Assembly (NCBI GenBank): GCA_050287085.1
Contig: JBNKBE010000002.1
Location: 340,447 to 404,446, forward strand
Source of the DNA: Polyangiaceae bacterium
GTDB lineage: Bacteria > Myxococcota_A > Polyangia > Polyangiales > Polyangiaceae
Reading direction: 5' to 3'
DNA: 64,000 nt
Positions within the stretch are counted from its first letter, which is position 1. Every line of letters begins with the position of its first letter. The notes under the pieces are model-generated. The model worked only from the letters and a program-made list of their open reading frames with translations, was not told where the DNA came from and searched no databases. Positions 9,792 to 19,628 of this stretch are shown here, piece by piece. A program made the position numbers and the translations under genes.

Positions 9792-10753
9792 CAGAATCTC
9801 CCGAGTACGGCTGCACCAGCCCCTGTCTGCGTTACCCAGGGAGACAGTCTCACCGCTCCTGCGCTCGTCTCCGTTTCATCGCTGGCCAAGAGGTAGGTGG
9901 TCAATCCTGCGCCTAGGATTGCACCACCGGCGCCAATCAAATTCACGACGCCCCAGGTCTCAGCGCTCGAGCGTTTCTGCGGGTCCTCATATTGGTCGAT
10001 GTAGATGATGCCACTCACCGTAAATAACGCGCCAAGCGCCAGCGTGGTGCTTCCAGCCACGAGCACGGCGGTGCTGAATCCGCTGGATTCAGCTGCAACG
10101 CTTTGCTCGTCTTTTTGCATCTCTTCCGCGTTCGGGGACAGCCTTGGAATCTCCACGACCACGTCGTCCGATTCAGCACCGATGCTTACCTTCATGGTCC
10201 ACGGTTGATAACCTGGGGCAGACGCCGTCAGTTCGTGCTCCCCGGGGTCGAGCGGTGATCGCGAGCCCCACAGCGGCTCACCCAATTGCGTGCCGTCGAG
10301 GCGGAGGATTAGCCCTTCTAGCGCGGCCTCTCGGGGGACGTCTACGGTCAAGTAGGATAGGATAGCTTCGAGCCGTTGGCTTTCCGTTTGAGCGAAACGC
10401 AGGCGGTCGTCTCCCGCCTGTTCCAGCTTCTGGCGCGCCAATTCATACTCTGACCAAGCGGTCGCGGTCTTGCCACGCTTGTCGTGGCACGCGGCCATGT
10501 TGAGCAACGTCCCAGACCCCGGATCTAGACGATAACTCTCCTCAAACTTGGGGCACGCTTCCTTGAACTGGCCCTTGGTGTACAGCTTACGACCATCTTG
10601 GAACAGCTTCTCGGCTAGCGCAGTGCGGCTGTCGGCGTTTGCACGGCTGCTGAGAGAAATAAAGCTGCCTGAGATGGCAAGGGTGAGCAGGATTGCCGGG
10701 CAAATGAAGTCTTTCAAGACACCGATGATGCCTCCAGTGGAGCGTTGGCGCAA
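9791..10753 (-). CDS. TPR plus PEGA domain protein
   Basis: TPR-like AEKLFQDG..EACPKFEESYRLDPGSGTLLNMAAC and PEGA-like LDPGEHELTASAPGY, with a hydrophobic C-terminus ending GRF; TGATG overlap with the next gene. Start uncertain. Confidence 0.8.
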   Translation of the reverse strand: MRQRSTGGIIGVLKDFICPAILLTLAISGSFISLSSRANADSRTALAEKLFQDGRKLYTKGQFKEACPKFEESYRLDPGSGTLLNMAACHDKRGKTATAWSEYELARQKLEQAGDDRLRFAQTESQRLEAILSYLTVDVPREAALEGLILRLDGTQLGEPLWGSRSPLDPGEHELTASAPGYQPWTMKVSIGAESDDVVVEIPRLSPNAEEMQKDEQSVAAESSGFSTAVLVAGSTTLALGALFTVSGIIYIDQYEDPQKRSSAETWGVVNLIGAGGAILGAGLTTYLLASDETETSAGAVRLSPWVTQTGAGAAVLGRF

Positions 10754-10809
10754 CAGGTCGCCGTTGTCGCTGGCCCTAGGCTGGGTCCGCTGGTAAGGAA
10801 AGCAACGCG

Positions 10810-12312
10810 ATGAAAGTCCTTGAGGTTGGGCAGCAGTTTGCTGGGCGCTACCGTGTGCTTCGGGCGCTGGCCAGCGGCGGCATGGGCGCCGTCTACGTCG
10901 CCCTCCAGGAGGCGACCGAGCTGCAGGTCGCGCTCAAGGTGCTTTGGCCTCACGTGCTCGAAGCCAAGGACGCCGTCGAGCGCTTTCAACTGGAGGCCAG
11001 GGTCGCGGCGCGTATCCAAAGTGACAATATTGTTAGGGTGTTCGACGCTGGATACGATCAAGCCAGTCACATGCCCTTCCTGGTCATGGAGCTGCTCCAG
11101 GGGCAGGATCTGGATGAACTGGTGCGGCAACGCGGGCCGCTTCCGCCTGAGCTAGCAGTGCCGTGGCTGCGGCAGGTGTCGTCTGCTTTGGATAAGGCTC
11201 ACTCGTACCGCGACTCAAGCGGGGCGTTAGTTCCGATCGTGCATCGAGATTTGAAGCCGGAGAATTTGTTTCTCACCGTTCGGGACAACGGTGAGCACGT
11301 CATCAAAGTGCTTGATTTCGGCATCGCGAAGGTGCTCAGCCGATCTACGAGTGTGACCCGAGCCGCGCTAGGTACGCCTGTCTACATGGCTTACGAGCAG
11401 GCTGCTGGCGAAGCCATTTCTCCTCAAACGGACATCTGGGCGCTGGGACTGATCGCATACTTCCTACTGACGGGGGGCTCCTATTGGAGGGCCGCACAAG
11501 GGGAAGGTGATATTCGGGCGCTGTTCGCTGAGATTCTCAGTCTACCCATCACGCCTGCTAGCGAGCGTGCTGCTCAGTCGGGAGCGCGCTTGTCGCCGGC
11601 TTTTGATGCGTGGTTCAACCGGTGTGTCAATCGCGACCCGGGGCAGCGTTTCGAAAGTGCCGGTGCCGCGGTCGAGGCATTGTCTCACTGCTTGCTGGGA
11701 AAGGGTATGGACCGTCGAGCGGATGAGTCGAGCGCATCCGCAGCGACGGTGATTGCGGGGGTGGCGACGCCGTACGCGCGGGCCCTCGCGGACGACACCA
11801 TGACGCCCAACAGTCACACCCATCACCCGGGGCGTAGTAAGCGCTGGCCGCTCGTCGTGGCGGCTGTTGGCGTTGCGGCCCTTGGGCTGGGGGTGGCAGT
11901 GGCTTGGCCGACGGAAGAATCGGCGAAGGAAGCGGGACCTCAAGGGGAAGCGTTGCTCGGTCGCTCCCAGGCCGCGAAGCAGGCCGCCAGTGAGTCAGCG
12001 TCAACCCCGAATGTTAAGCCAGGAGCGTTGTTGCCTGTGGCGCCTGTGGCGACAACTGCGAAGCCACCGGCGGCAGCGACAGCAGCGCCTGTGGCGACGG
12101 TCGTACCCAGCTCAGAGCCCGAGTCGCGTCAGGTCACTGCCAAGATTCGCCGCCCCGCGCGGCCGACGAAGCCCAAGGTGAAGTCGCGGCCAGCGCGCGT
12201 CCCGCCGAATGCCGCGCCCAAAGCGACGGCCGCGCCAGAACCAAGAGCGGAGCCAATCGAAGCGACCCCGAAGGCCCCCGAACGCGATCCGCTCGCAGGT
12301 CCCAGGCGCTAG
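10810..12312 (+). CDS. Membrane Ser/Thr protein kinase (Hanks type)
   Basis: GGMGAVY, VALK, HRDLKPEN, DFG, GTPVYMAYEQ and DIWALG, then a single TM helix and a Pro/Ala-rich tail. Confidence 0.95.
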   Translation: MKVLEVGQQFAGRYRVLRALASGGMGAVYVALQEATELQVALKVLWPHVLEAKDAVERFQLEARVAARIQSDNIVRVFDAGYDQASHMPFLVMELLQGQDLDELVRQRGPLPPELAVPWLRQVSSALDKAHSYRDSSGALVPIVHRDLKPENLFLTVRDNGEHVIKVLDFGIAKVLSRSTSVTRAALGTPVYMAYEQAAGEAISPQTDIWALGLIAYFLLTGGSYWRAAQGEGDIRALFAEILSLPITPASERAAQSGARLSPAFDAWFNRCVNRDPGQRFESAGAAVEALSHCLLGKGMDRRADESSASAATVIAGVATPYARALADDTMTPNSHTHHPGRSKRWPLVVAAVGVAALGLGVAVAWPTEESAKEAGPQGEALLGRSQAAKQAASESASTPNVKPGALLPVAPVATTAKPPAAATAAPVATVVPSSEPESRQVTAKIRRPARPTKPKVKSRPARVPPNAAPKATAAPEPRAEPIEATPKAPERDPLAGPRR

Positions 12313-12329
12313 TGGGCGCGGGGCTCGAC

Positions 12330-13748
12330 CTATGAGCCTTCGCTGGCTCTTGGTAGGGGTGGGGGAGGCACGGAGGCAAAGAGCTCGGCGAGCGCACGTC
12401 GATCGGGCTTCTGGTTGGGCAGAAGCGGTAGAGCTTCGAGCAGCCGGAGCTCCTTGGGGACTTTGAAAGGCGCTAGCTGCGCTTGGCACCAGGAGATAAC
12501 GACCTCAAGCTGCACGCTGCCAGTGATTCCGGCACACACCCGCTCCCCCCAATCCGGATCGGGGATCCCGACGACGAGTGCGGCGTCGACGCCGGGGCAT
12601 GCTAGGATGGCCGCTTCCACCTCCTCGGGCCGGACGTTTTCGCCGCCGGTGATGATGACGGTGTCGGCTCGACCGAGGATGTGAATGCGTCCATCCGAGT
12701 CAATGCGCGCGAGATCCTGGGTTTGCCAGTCTTCTTGCGCGGCGAAGCCTTCGCCACTGTAGCCGGAGAACAAGGTTGGACCTTGTATGCGCAGGCGGCC
12801 GTCCGTCGCGACTGTCGCACGGACCCCGGGCAGGGTGATCCCCACGCCGGCACCCATCGAGAAGCGTTCGGCGTAGGGCTGAGTGACCACCTGGGATGCG
12901 GTTTCTGTGCTGCCATAGGTGGTCAACACCGGCCAGCGTGCCTCCTTGGCCCTTGCAACCAACGCAGCCGGAGCTCGTGCTCCACCCAGAAGCACGCCTC
13001 GCAAGTGCGGCGGAGGAAGGAGCGTGGAGTCCAAGCAACGTTGAAGTTGAGTTGGTACAAGTGAACACAACGTGGCCCTCGAACGCTCGAGAGTTTCAAG
13101 CAACACGCCGGCAGTGAGACTGCCCTGGAGGGGCAATACCACTGGGCGGCGTGCGACCAAGCACCGAGTCAGGATGGCAAGGCCACCTATGTGAGCTGGT
13201 GAGAGCGACAACAGCCAGCTGTCGTTTTCTTCTAGACCTAGATGTTGCCACGTCGACTCAGCGTTGCACAGCAAAGCGCGACGAGTGAGGCGCACGGCCT
13301 TTGGACGTCCCGCTGAGCCTGATGTGTGAAGCAGGACCAGCAACGCTTCTTCGGGAGGCGTGTCCGGCGGGGGAGCGAGCGGGGCCTCGCTTATCACCGC
13401 TTCTGGGAGGTCCAACCAGGTATGGGGTAGGTCAAGCGCTGCGAGCTGCTGGCGCCGTTCTGACTCGCTTAGCTTTGGGTGCAGGGGTACGACTGGGATC
13501 CCGTCTTCGAACAAAGCCAGAAGAATGAAGAGGGTGTTTGGAGTCGCTGCTGGAGCAAACGCTACGGCGCGACCCCCAGCCAATGCGCCCTGCCTGTGAA
13601 GCCAGCCCCGCGCCCGGCGAACGCGGAGAGCAACTTCTGTTGCCCCTAAAAAGACCCCGTCGGTCCACAGCGCGGGAGCGTTCGGAGAGGCGTCCGCAAA
13701 CGCCTCGATGCTGAACTTGCGTGCGAGCATGTGAAAGCGGAGCCCCAC
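12330..13748 (-). CDS. menE: O-succinylbenzoate-CoA ligase
   Basis: AMP-binding TSGSAGRPK, YGSTET, GRADTVIITGGENV and KPDR; last gene of the men operon. Alternative start at 13730. Confidence 0.85.
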   Translation of the reverse strand: MGLRFHMLARKFSIEAFADASPNAPALWTDGVFLGATEVALRVRRARGWLHRQGALAGGRAVAFAPAATPNTLFILLALFEDGIPVVPLHPKLSESERRQQLAALDLPHTWLDLPEAVISEAPLAPPPDTPPEEALLVLLHTSGSAGRPKAVRLTRRALLCNAESTWQHLGLEENDSWLLSLSPAHIGGLAILTRCLVARRPVVLPLQGSLTAGVLLETLERSRATLCSLVPTQLQRCLDSTLLPPPHLRGVLLGGARAPAALVARAKEARWPVLTTYGSTETASQVVTQPYAERFSMGAGVGITLPGVRATVATDGRLRIQGPTLFSGYSGEGFAAQEDWQTQDLARIDSDGRIHILGRADTVIITGGENVRPEEVEAAILACPGVDAALVVGIPDPDWGERVCAGITGSVQLEVVISWCQAQLAPFKVPKELRLLEALPLLPNQKPDRRALAELFASVPPPPLPRASEGS

Positions 13749-14746
13749 TACGACAAGTCAGCTGCGTTCAGCGCAGGAAAGGGTAGCTCCAGCGCCTCCC
13801 GGCTCCAGAGTTGCAGTCCGGCGTGCTGTCCCAGTCCCATAACTTGGGGGGAGTTGTGCGGGTCGGTAGTACATAGGTCGGTAGTGCATAGGGCGGGGCA
13901 GAGCGCTCGATACGCATTCATAGCTACTGAACCGTCCAATGCATGCGAGAGTACGCACCGCGCGGCGCTGAGACGCGCGCGGCGTGCCCAATGTAGAGTT
14001 GCGCGGTAGCCAAGGACCATCGGCTTGAGCACCAGAGCTGTGACTTGCCCAGCGGAAAGCCATGCCTCGCTGAGCTCGGGTTCGAGCCATAGGCTCTCGT
14101 CGAGAGCCAGGGGGACGGGCAGTGCTCGGGGAGGGCCGAGCACGCTCAGTCGCGAGGGCTCTTCAACGAACTCGAGGGGCAAGCCCAGCGAGCCAAGTTC
14201 AAGCAATTGAACCGGGCTGAGAGAGCGATTGGCGTCGAGACGAAGCCGCATCGAGCGGCCGCGAAGAGCGGTGAGAAGTCCTCGCTCAGCAGGCCAGTCG
14301 ATGCCGACTTTGAGTTTGAGAACGGGGGCGTCGGAGCGCAAGCAGCTGAGCTGCTCGGGGAGATCTTGCCAGTCGATCCATTCAGCGCTAGGCGGTGCGG
14401 GGGCAGCTGGGCCGACGTGTGCTGTTTGAAGCAGCGCGGACGCGAGCCCGAATTCGGCGCTTGGGGGCAGGCGGGAGGAATTGACGTAGTCCCACCATTG
14501 CTCGATGGAGCGCGCCGGGCCACTGGCAAGCGGGGTCAAGGCGTGCAGACTGTCGGCCAATGCTTCGCGGCTATACTTGGGCAAAGGTGTGCACTCACCA
14601 CGGCCCACCACCGAGCTTGTTCGAGCAGTGCTCAGTTCGATGAGGAGTCCTTCTCGGTCACCCCATTCGGACTGCGAGTTTCGATAGCTACGGGCCAGTG
14701 AGACATGGCCGCGCGTCAACTTCAGAGAAAGCGGAGGTCCGGACAT
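13748..14746 (-). CDS. menC: O-succinylbenzoate synthase (enolase superfamily)
   Basis: KLKVG, RLDAN, EEP, ALDES and VLKP motifs; ATG at 14746 overlaps the menA stop (TAATG). Confidence 0.85.
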   Translation of the reverse strand: MSGPPLSLKLTRGHVSLARSYRNSQSEWGDREGLLIELSTARTSSVVGRGECTPLPKYSREALADSLHALTPLASGPARSIEQWWDYVNSSRLPPSAEFGLASALLQTAHVGPAAPAPPSAEWIDWQDLPEQLSCLRSDAPVLKLKVGIDWPAERGLLTALRGRSMRLRLDANRSLSPVQLLELGSLGLPLEFVEEPSRLSVLGPPRALPVPLALDESLWLEPELSEAWLSAGQVTALVLKPMVLGYRATLHWARRARLSAARCVLSHALDGSVAMNAYRALCPALCTTDLCTTDPHNSPQVMGLGQHAGLQLWSREALELPFPALNAADLS

Positions 14747-15657
14747 TACTCCAGGGCCGAATGAGACAATGAGAGTCCGAGTGCGAGCAAGCCACCGAAC
14801 ACCAGCAGCAGCTTTGCCGTTCCGGCGAGTGTGGCGTTGAGAACGGCGCCTCGTTCGTGCAGTACCGACCGTTGCAATCGCATGGCCAACGGAAGCGACA
14901 AGAGCGGAAGAGCAGCCCACGGAGAACGAAGCAGGATAGCAATCCACACCAACGACAGATAAGCCACAGCGAGCATCAGTCGGTATTCCAACACTCCGGC
15001 ATCCCGCCCAAAGCGAACCACCAGAGTACGCTTGCCTGCTCGAGCGTCAGTCTCAACGTCCCGCACGTTGTTGACCACCAGGATTGCTGTTGTCAGCGCA
15101 CCGATGGCCAGAGCGCATGGAATTGAGAGCTGCGGGGTTTCGCCCAGGTTCAGATAGAATGTGCCGGGTACCGCCACGAAACCGAAGAACAACATGACGA
15201 ATACGTCGCCGAGGCCATGATATCCAAGCGGATACGGACCGCCAGTATATGCGAATGCGGTCAGAATGCTCGCGAGCCCGATCACCAGCACGGGCCAACC
15301 TGTCAGCGTGTAGAGGTAGAGGCCGACGCCCAGCGCCAGCAAGAATACCAGAACCATGGCGCGCTTCATCGCACCGGCACTGATGAGCCCGGAGGCAACG
15401 GTGCGCGTCGGACCTACGCGATCTGGGGTATCAGCGCCCTTCTCGTGGTCATAAACGTCGTTGGCGAAGTTGGAGCCAATCTGTAGGAGAAGCGTGCCGA
15501 CGAGAGCCGCGAAGGTGGCACCGGGACGCACCTGTCCAAAGGCATAGGCGCCTGCGACGCCCACCGTGACAGGGACTATCGCCGCGGGAAGGGTCTTGGG
15601 ACGCAGGGCGAGAAACCAGGCATAGGCGGTGGACGTGTCCGTCATCATCGCATTCAT
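14746..15657 (-). CDS. menA: 1,4-dihydroxy-2-naphthoate prenyltransferase
   Basis: [33 protein letters not shown] and [14 protein letters not shown]. Confidence 0.95.
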   Translation of the reverse strand: MNAMMTDTSTAYAWFLALRPKTLPAAIVPVTVGVAGAYAFGQVRPGATFAALVGTLLLQIGSNFANDVYDHEKGADTPDRVGPTRTVASGLISAGAMKRAMVLVFLLALGVGLYLYTLTGWPVLVIGLASILTAFAYTGGPYPLGYHGLGDVFVMLFFGFVAVPGTFYLNLGETPQLSIPCALAIGALTTAILVVNNVRDVETDARAGKRTLVVRFGRDAGVLEYRLMLAVAYLSLVWIAILLRSPWAALPLLSLPLAMRLQRSVLHERGAVLNATLAGTAKLLLVFGGLLALGLSLSHSALE

Positions 15658-15686
15658 CGCAGGAAAGCAGTGGCCTCGCAACCTCC

Positions 15687-16424
15687 CTATGAGCCGAGGG
15701 CCGCCTGTAGCAGGTCGCTAACTTGTTCAGGGGTCTCGAGTATTGGATTGTGTCCCGCTCTGGGGACACGTGAGAAGCGCCCCCTCGCGAGACGCTTGGC
15801 GAACGGTTCGAGAAGAGTGCCGAATTTGTCGTCCAATTCGCCCGCCACCAGGTGGATAGGTAGCCGCAGCGAGCAGGCGCGTTCGGCCATTACCGGCATC
15901 CGTCCAAGAGATAACACGCGAAGCGCGTGCGCGAGCGCTCTCGGTTCGTGGGACGTTCGTACTGCACGCTGCCGTGCGAGTACTTCCTGGGGCAGTCGCT
16001 GCTGGCTTGTGAACAGTGGCTGCCGTTCCCAATCTGCGAAGAATGCGCTGGCTCCGCGCTGCTCGAGGCGAGCGGCGAGCGCATCGTCCTGTTCTGCGCG
16101 CGCCCTTCTGGCGGCTGCGTCTTCCAGGCCAGGGTGTCCGCCGATGAGGGTGGCGCTCGTGAAACGCTCGGGAGCGGCCAATAGCAGACCGAGGCCCACG
16201 CGCGCGCCCAGAGAATAGCCGAGGAGATGAGCCTGCATCACGCCCCGCTGTCGCAGCCAAGCGAGGATACGCTCGACCTCAGCTTGGAAAGAAGTGGGCC
16301 GTTCGGCAGCGGCCCGCCCGTGCCCGTACAATACGGGGGCGATCAGCTCGCGTTTCCCTATTGCCAGCGCGTCGAACTGGGAAGCGTTGCCGCCAAAGCC
16401 GTGTAGCGCGACGAGGGGGAGCAT
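15687..16424 (-). CDS. menH: SHCHC synthase (alpha/beta hydrolase)
   Basis: LHGF, GYSLG, GELDDKF and AGHN; directly follows menD. Confidence 0.9.
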   Translation of the reverse strand: MLPLVALHGFGGNASQFDALAIGKRELIAPVLYGHGRAAAERPTSFQAEVERILAWLRQRGVMQAHLLGYSLGARVGLGLLLAAPERFTSATLIGGHPGLEDAAARRARAEQDDALAARLEQRGASAFFADWERQPLFTSQQRLPQEVLARQRAVRTSHEPRALAHALRVLSLGRMPVMAERACSLRLPIHLVAGELDDKFGTLLEPFAKRLARGRFSRVPRAGHNPILETPEQVSDLLQAALGS

Positions 16425-16431
16425 GTCCGAA

Positions 16432-18216
16432 CTACTCCCTGGTCAGCTCGTATTCTTGATGTAGGCGTGGCGGTGAGTACCCTTCGAGTGCCGTGAGCTG
16501 AGCACTGAGGGCGCGCACTAATGCCTCATACATGAGATAGGCGCCGTCGGGTGGCAGACATACTTCCAGCAGGGTGGGAGAGGGCTTCGCGTAGAACGCG
16601 CTCAGCGCTTGCTTGAGTTGGCCGTGATCGTCGCAGCGGGCGACTTTGAGCCCGAAGGCCGCGGCCACATCACGGGCGGCCGCCGAATGCGGCGTGCTCC
16701 AGCGTTCAAAGTGTACCGAGTCGCGCAGACTTCGCATTGGTAGGTGGGCAAAGATTTGTCCTCCACCATTGTTGAGCACGACGATGCACAGCGGCAGGTC
16801 GGTGTTGGTCAGCAATTGCAGCGAGCCTGCGTCGTGCAGCAAGGACACATCCCCAAGCATCAGCACGCCCTGGCCCACGTGGTTCATCTGAGCTCCGATG
16901 CTGCCCGCGACCAAGCCGTCTATGCCGTTGAGCCCACGCTGGGAGCAACACGTGTAGACTTCATCGCGCGTTGCGGTATCGAGAATGCGGATGGATAGGC
17001 TGTTACCAATGGTCAGTGTCGTATCGTGCTGCACAGCGGATAGCACCGTCGCGACTGCGCTCAGCTCGTCCCAAGGCCTGCCGCTGTCGAGGCGCGCGTC
17101 GATGAGCGAGCGCGCCAGGCGGTCGATCGTGGAGACGTGAGACGACCAGCCATCAGCGCGCTCTCCTGGTTCTGGCGCACCGAGCTGCCTCAACACCTGG
17201 GCGGCATCGGCTCGAACGAACCAGCGAGCGGAACTGTGCGGCGCGGGCCACGTGTTTTGGGCGACCACGGCGACCGGAACGTCAGCGGTGAGGCGAGCCC
17301 AGGCGCCGGAAGTGGGCGCTTCACCGAGTTGCAAGATGAAGTCCGGGGTGATGTCGGCGATCCCACAGCGAGCGACGAGATCGAACGTGCGGAAGCGCTC
17401 TGGGACGCCCATCGCGTTGCTGGCGGGTTCGGCCACTACGGGCAGGTGCCAGGCTGCGGCAAATTCGCTTACCGCTGTCGCGCTAACAGCGCAGTATGGA
17501 GCCGCCGGACCCACGACGAGAACCGGGCGCTGAGCGTTGATGAGAGCGGTCCGGAGTGGTGCCAGAGCGCTTGAAGAGACACTCGCAACACCGGTGATCA
17601 CGCTCGGTGTCTCGGCGAAACTCGATTCTACTTCTTCCCGAGCGGACACCTCTAGAGGCTTTCGCGCTCGAAAGTTGAGATGCACCGGTCCCGGGTGGGG
17701 GCCGCGCGCGAGATGGAACGCTTGAGCGCACTTGCGCGAAAGTGCTCGCATCGCCGCCGGGGTCTGTTCCGCAGTACCCAATTCGAAGAACGCTCGTACG
17801 TGGTCGCCAAAGAGCTTGAGCTGATCGACCGTCTGCGGAGCCCGGCAAGCTTGTAGCTCCAGGGGGCGATCGGCGCTGATGATCAGCATCGGAATGCCCG
17901 CCTCAGAGGCTTCCAAAATTGCGGGGAAATAGTGGGCAGGTGCGCTGCCTGAGGTGCAAATTAGCACTGCCGGACGACCCGAGATGCGCGCACGACCGAG
18001 TGCGAAGAAAGCGGCGCTGCGTTCATCGATGACGGTGTAGATCTGCGCGCGGTCCCCCGCGGATTCGAGCGCGAGTACCAACGGCGTGGAGCGTGAACCC
18101 GGACTGATCACAAACTCGCACGCGCCGGAGGAGAGTAGGCTGTCGATCACTCGGCGCGCCCAATGGGCTTGAGCGCGTTCGTGGCGGCGATCGTTTGCGT
18201 CTGAGGGCGTCTTCAT
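16432..18216 (-). CDS. menD: SEPHCHC synthase (ThDP-dependent)
   Basis: SPGSRSTPL, DERSAAFFALG, CTSGSA, RGLNGIDG, GDVSLLHD and NNGGGQIF. Confidence 0.95.
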   Translation of the reverse strand: MKTPSDANDRRHERAQAHWARRVIDSLLSSGACEFVISPGSRSTPLVLALESAGDRAQIYTVIDERSAAFFALGRARISGRPAVLICTSGSAPAHYFPAILEASEAGIPMLIISADRPLELQACRAPQTVDQLKLFGDHVRAFFELGTAEQTPAAMRALSRKCAQAFHLARGPHPGPVHLNFRARKPLEVSAREEVESSFAETPSVITGVASVSSSALAPLRTALINAQRPVLVVGPAAPYCAVSATAVSEFAAAWHLPVVAEPASNAMGVPERFRTFDLVARCGIADITPDFILQLGEAPTSGAWARLTADVPVAVVAQNTWPAPHSSARWFVRADAAQVLRQLGAPEPGERADGWSSHVSTIDRLARSLIDARLDSGRPWDELSAVATVLSAVQHDTTLTIGNSLSIRILDTATRDEVYTCCSQRGLNGIDGLVAGSIGAQMNHVGQGVLMLGDVSLLHDAGSLQLLTNTDLPLCIVVLNNGGGQIFAHLPMRSLRDSVHFERWSTPHSAAARDVAAAFGLKVARCDDHGQLKQALSAFYAKPSPTLLEVCLPPDGAYLMYEALVRALSAQLTALEGYSPPRLHQEYELTRE

Positions 18217-19607
18217 TCTTGGACGCGGGTACGCAGCGAGCTGCGCATGCTTCGTAGTTTGAGCTCGGTTTCTTGGTACTCGGCTCCTGCGATGGAACCC
18301 CGCACGATTCCGGCTCCGGCAAATAGCGTCGCGGAGCAGTTCGCCACAAGACCTGAGCGAAGCGCAACCTTGAACTCTCCGTCACCGTCCGCGTCAAACC
18401 AGCCTACCGGGCCTGAGTACCAACCGCGATCCATGTTCTCGTGCTCGGCTATCCACTTGACCGCTTCGCTTCTCGGCACGCCGCCGACCGCTGGGGTGGG
18501 GTGCAGGGCTTGCACCAAGTCTAGAACATGATGAGCTCCGCTCAAGGTACCGGTGACGGGCGTCAGCAAGTGGAGCAGATGTCGTAGTTCACGGACGACG
18601 GGTTGCTGGGGATAGTCCAAGGTTGCGCAATAGGGCTCAAGCCCGGAGATGATGGCTTCGCGAACCGGCGCGTGCTCTGCATGCTCTTTGGGACTACGTA
18701 GCTGTTCAGCGGCGTAGTCTTTGGCGTCGATACGAAATGTGCCGGCAAGCGCTTCGGACCTGACAGTGTGGCCTAGCTTCTGGATCAGTGTTTCCGGCGT
18801 GGCGCCAAGGAACGTGCTCTCGCCGCGCTTGAAGGCAAATGTGGTCGACTCAGAGTCCTGCGACCGAAGGGCGCCTAAGCTGAGAACCGGATCGACGCTG
18901 CGATCAAAGCGGATCCTGCTGGCCCGAGCCGCCACGACTTTGGTCACCTTGTTTGCGGCGATCGCGACCAGGATGTCGTTTACCTGGTCACAGTAGGTGC
19001 GACCGCCATCGCTACTGGGGGGCGCCGTGAGCATGAGCGAAGCGTCGTCAGGCAGTGGCGCGCCTTGAGGCCCGTCGAGTGTTTGGCTCTGCAGCAGCGT
19101 GCGGAAGTCCAGCGCCGCCGCAAGCTGCTTTCGGAACTCACCGTCCGCGGCCCGCGGATCGCCTTCGAGCAGTACGCCCAGACGCGCGGTGTTGCCCAGG
19201 CGATGATAGTGTAGCCGTGGCAGGACGAATGACGCAGCACCGAAGCGACTCCACTCCTGCGCCCAGACGCGATCTTGAAACGCAAAGCCTCCGTAGGCTC
19301 TCGCGGGAAGCGGCACGGTGCCATCGGTGCTGACGACATTGCATTCGGCAAGCACCGCCTGGAAGCCGTCACGGACTTGCTCGAAGCGCCCTTCGCCTTC
19401 GGCGTTGAAGGTGGCGGCCACGCCCGCCGCCAGGGATACCTCATCAGGACGGGGGCTGTAGAGCGCGCTGACCTCAAACTGAACCGACAGCGCCGCTAGC
19501 TGGTCAAATGAAAGACTGGGTGCTGCCATCGACAGGTGAAGTCGTGGCGCTGCATGAGTCCGACACTGTGATAGGAGGTCGGCGATGTCATCTCGGGTCG
19601 CGTGCAT
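18213..19607 (-). CDS. menF: Isochorismate synthase
   Basis: KVVAAR, FLGATPE, EALAGT, LHPTPAVGG, GWYSGPVGW, ALRS and AGAGIV; lies upstream of menD. Confidence 0.9.
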   Translation of the reverse strand: MHATRDDIADLLSQCRTHAAPRLHLSMAAPSLSFDQLAALSVQFEVSALYSPRPDEVSLAAGVAATFNAEGEGRFEQVRDGFQAVLAECNVVSTDGTVPLPARAYGGFAFQDRVWAQEWSRFGAASFVLPRLHYHRLGNTARLGVLLEGDPRAADGEFRKQLAAALDFRTLLQSQTLDGPQGAPLPDDASLMLTAPPSSDGGRTYCDQVNDILVAIAANKVTKVVAARASRIRFDRSVDPVLSLGALRSQDSESTTFAFKRGESTFLGATPETLIQKLGHTVRSEALAGTFRIDAKDYAAEQLRSPKEHAEHAPVREAIISGLEPYCATLDYPQQPVVRELRHLLHLLTPVTGTLSGAHHVLDLVQALHPTPAVGGVPRSEAVKWIAEHENMDRGWYSGPVGWFDADGDGEFKVALRSGLVANCSATLFAGAGIVRGSIAGAEYQETELKLRSMRSSLRTRVQE

Positions 19608-19628
19608 GACAACGAACGGGCATCAGCC

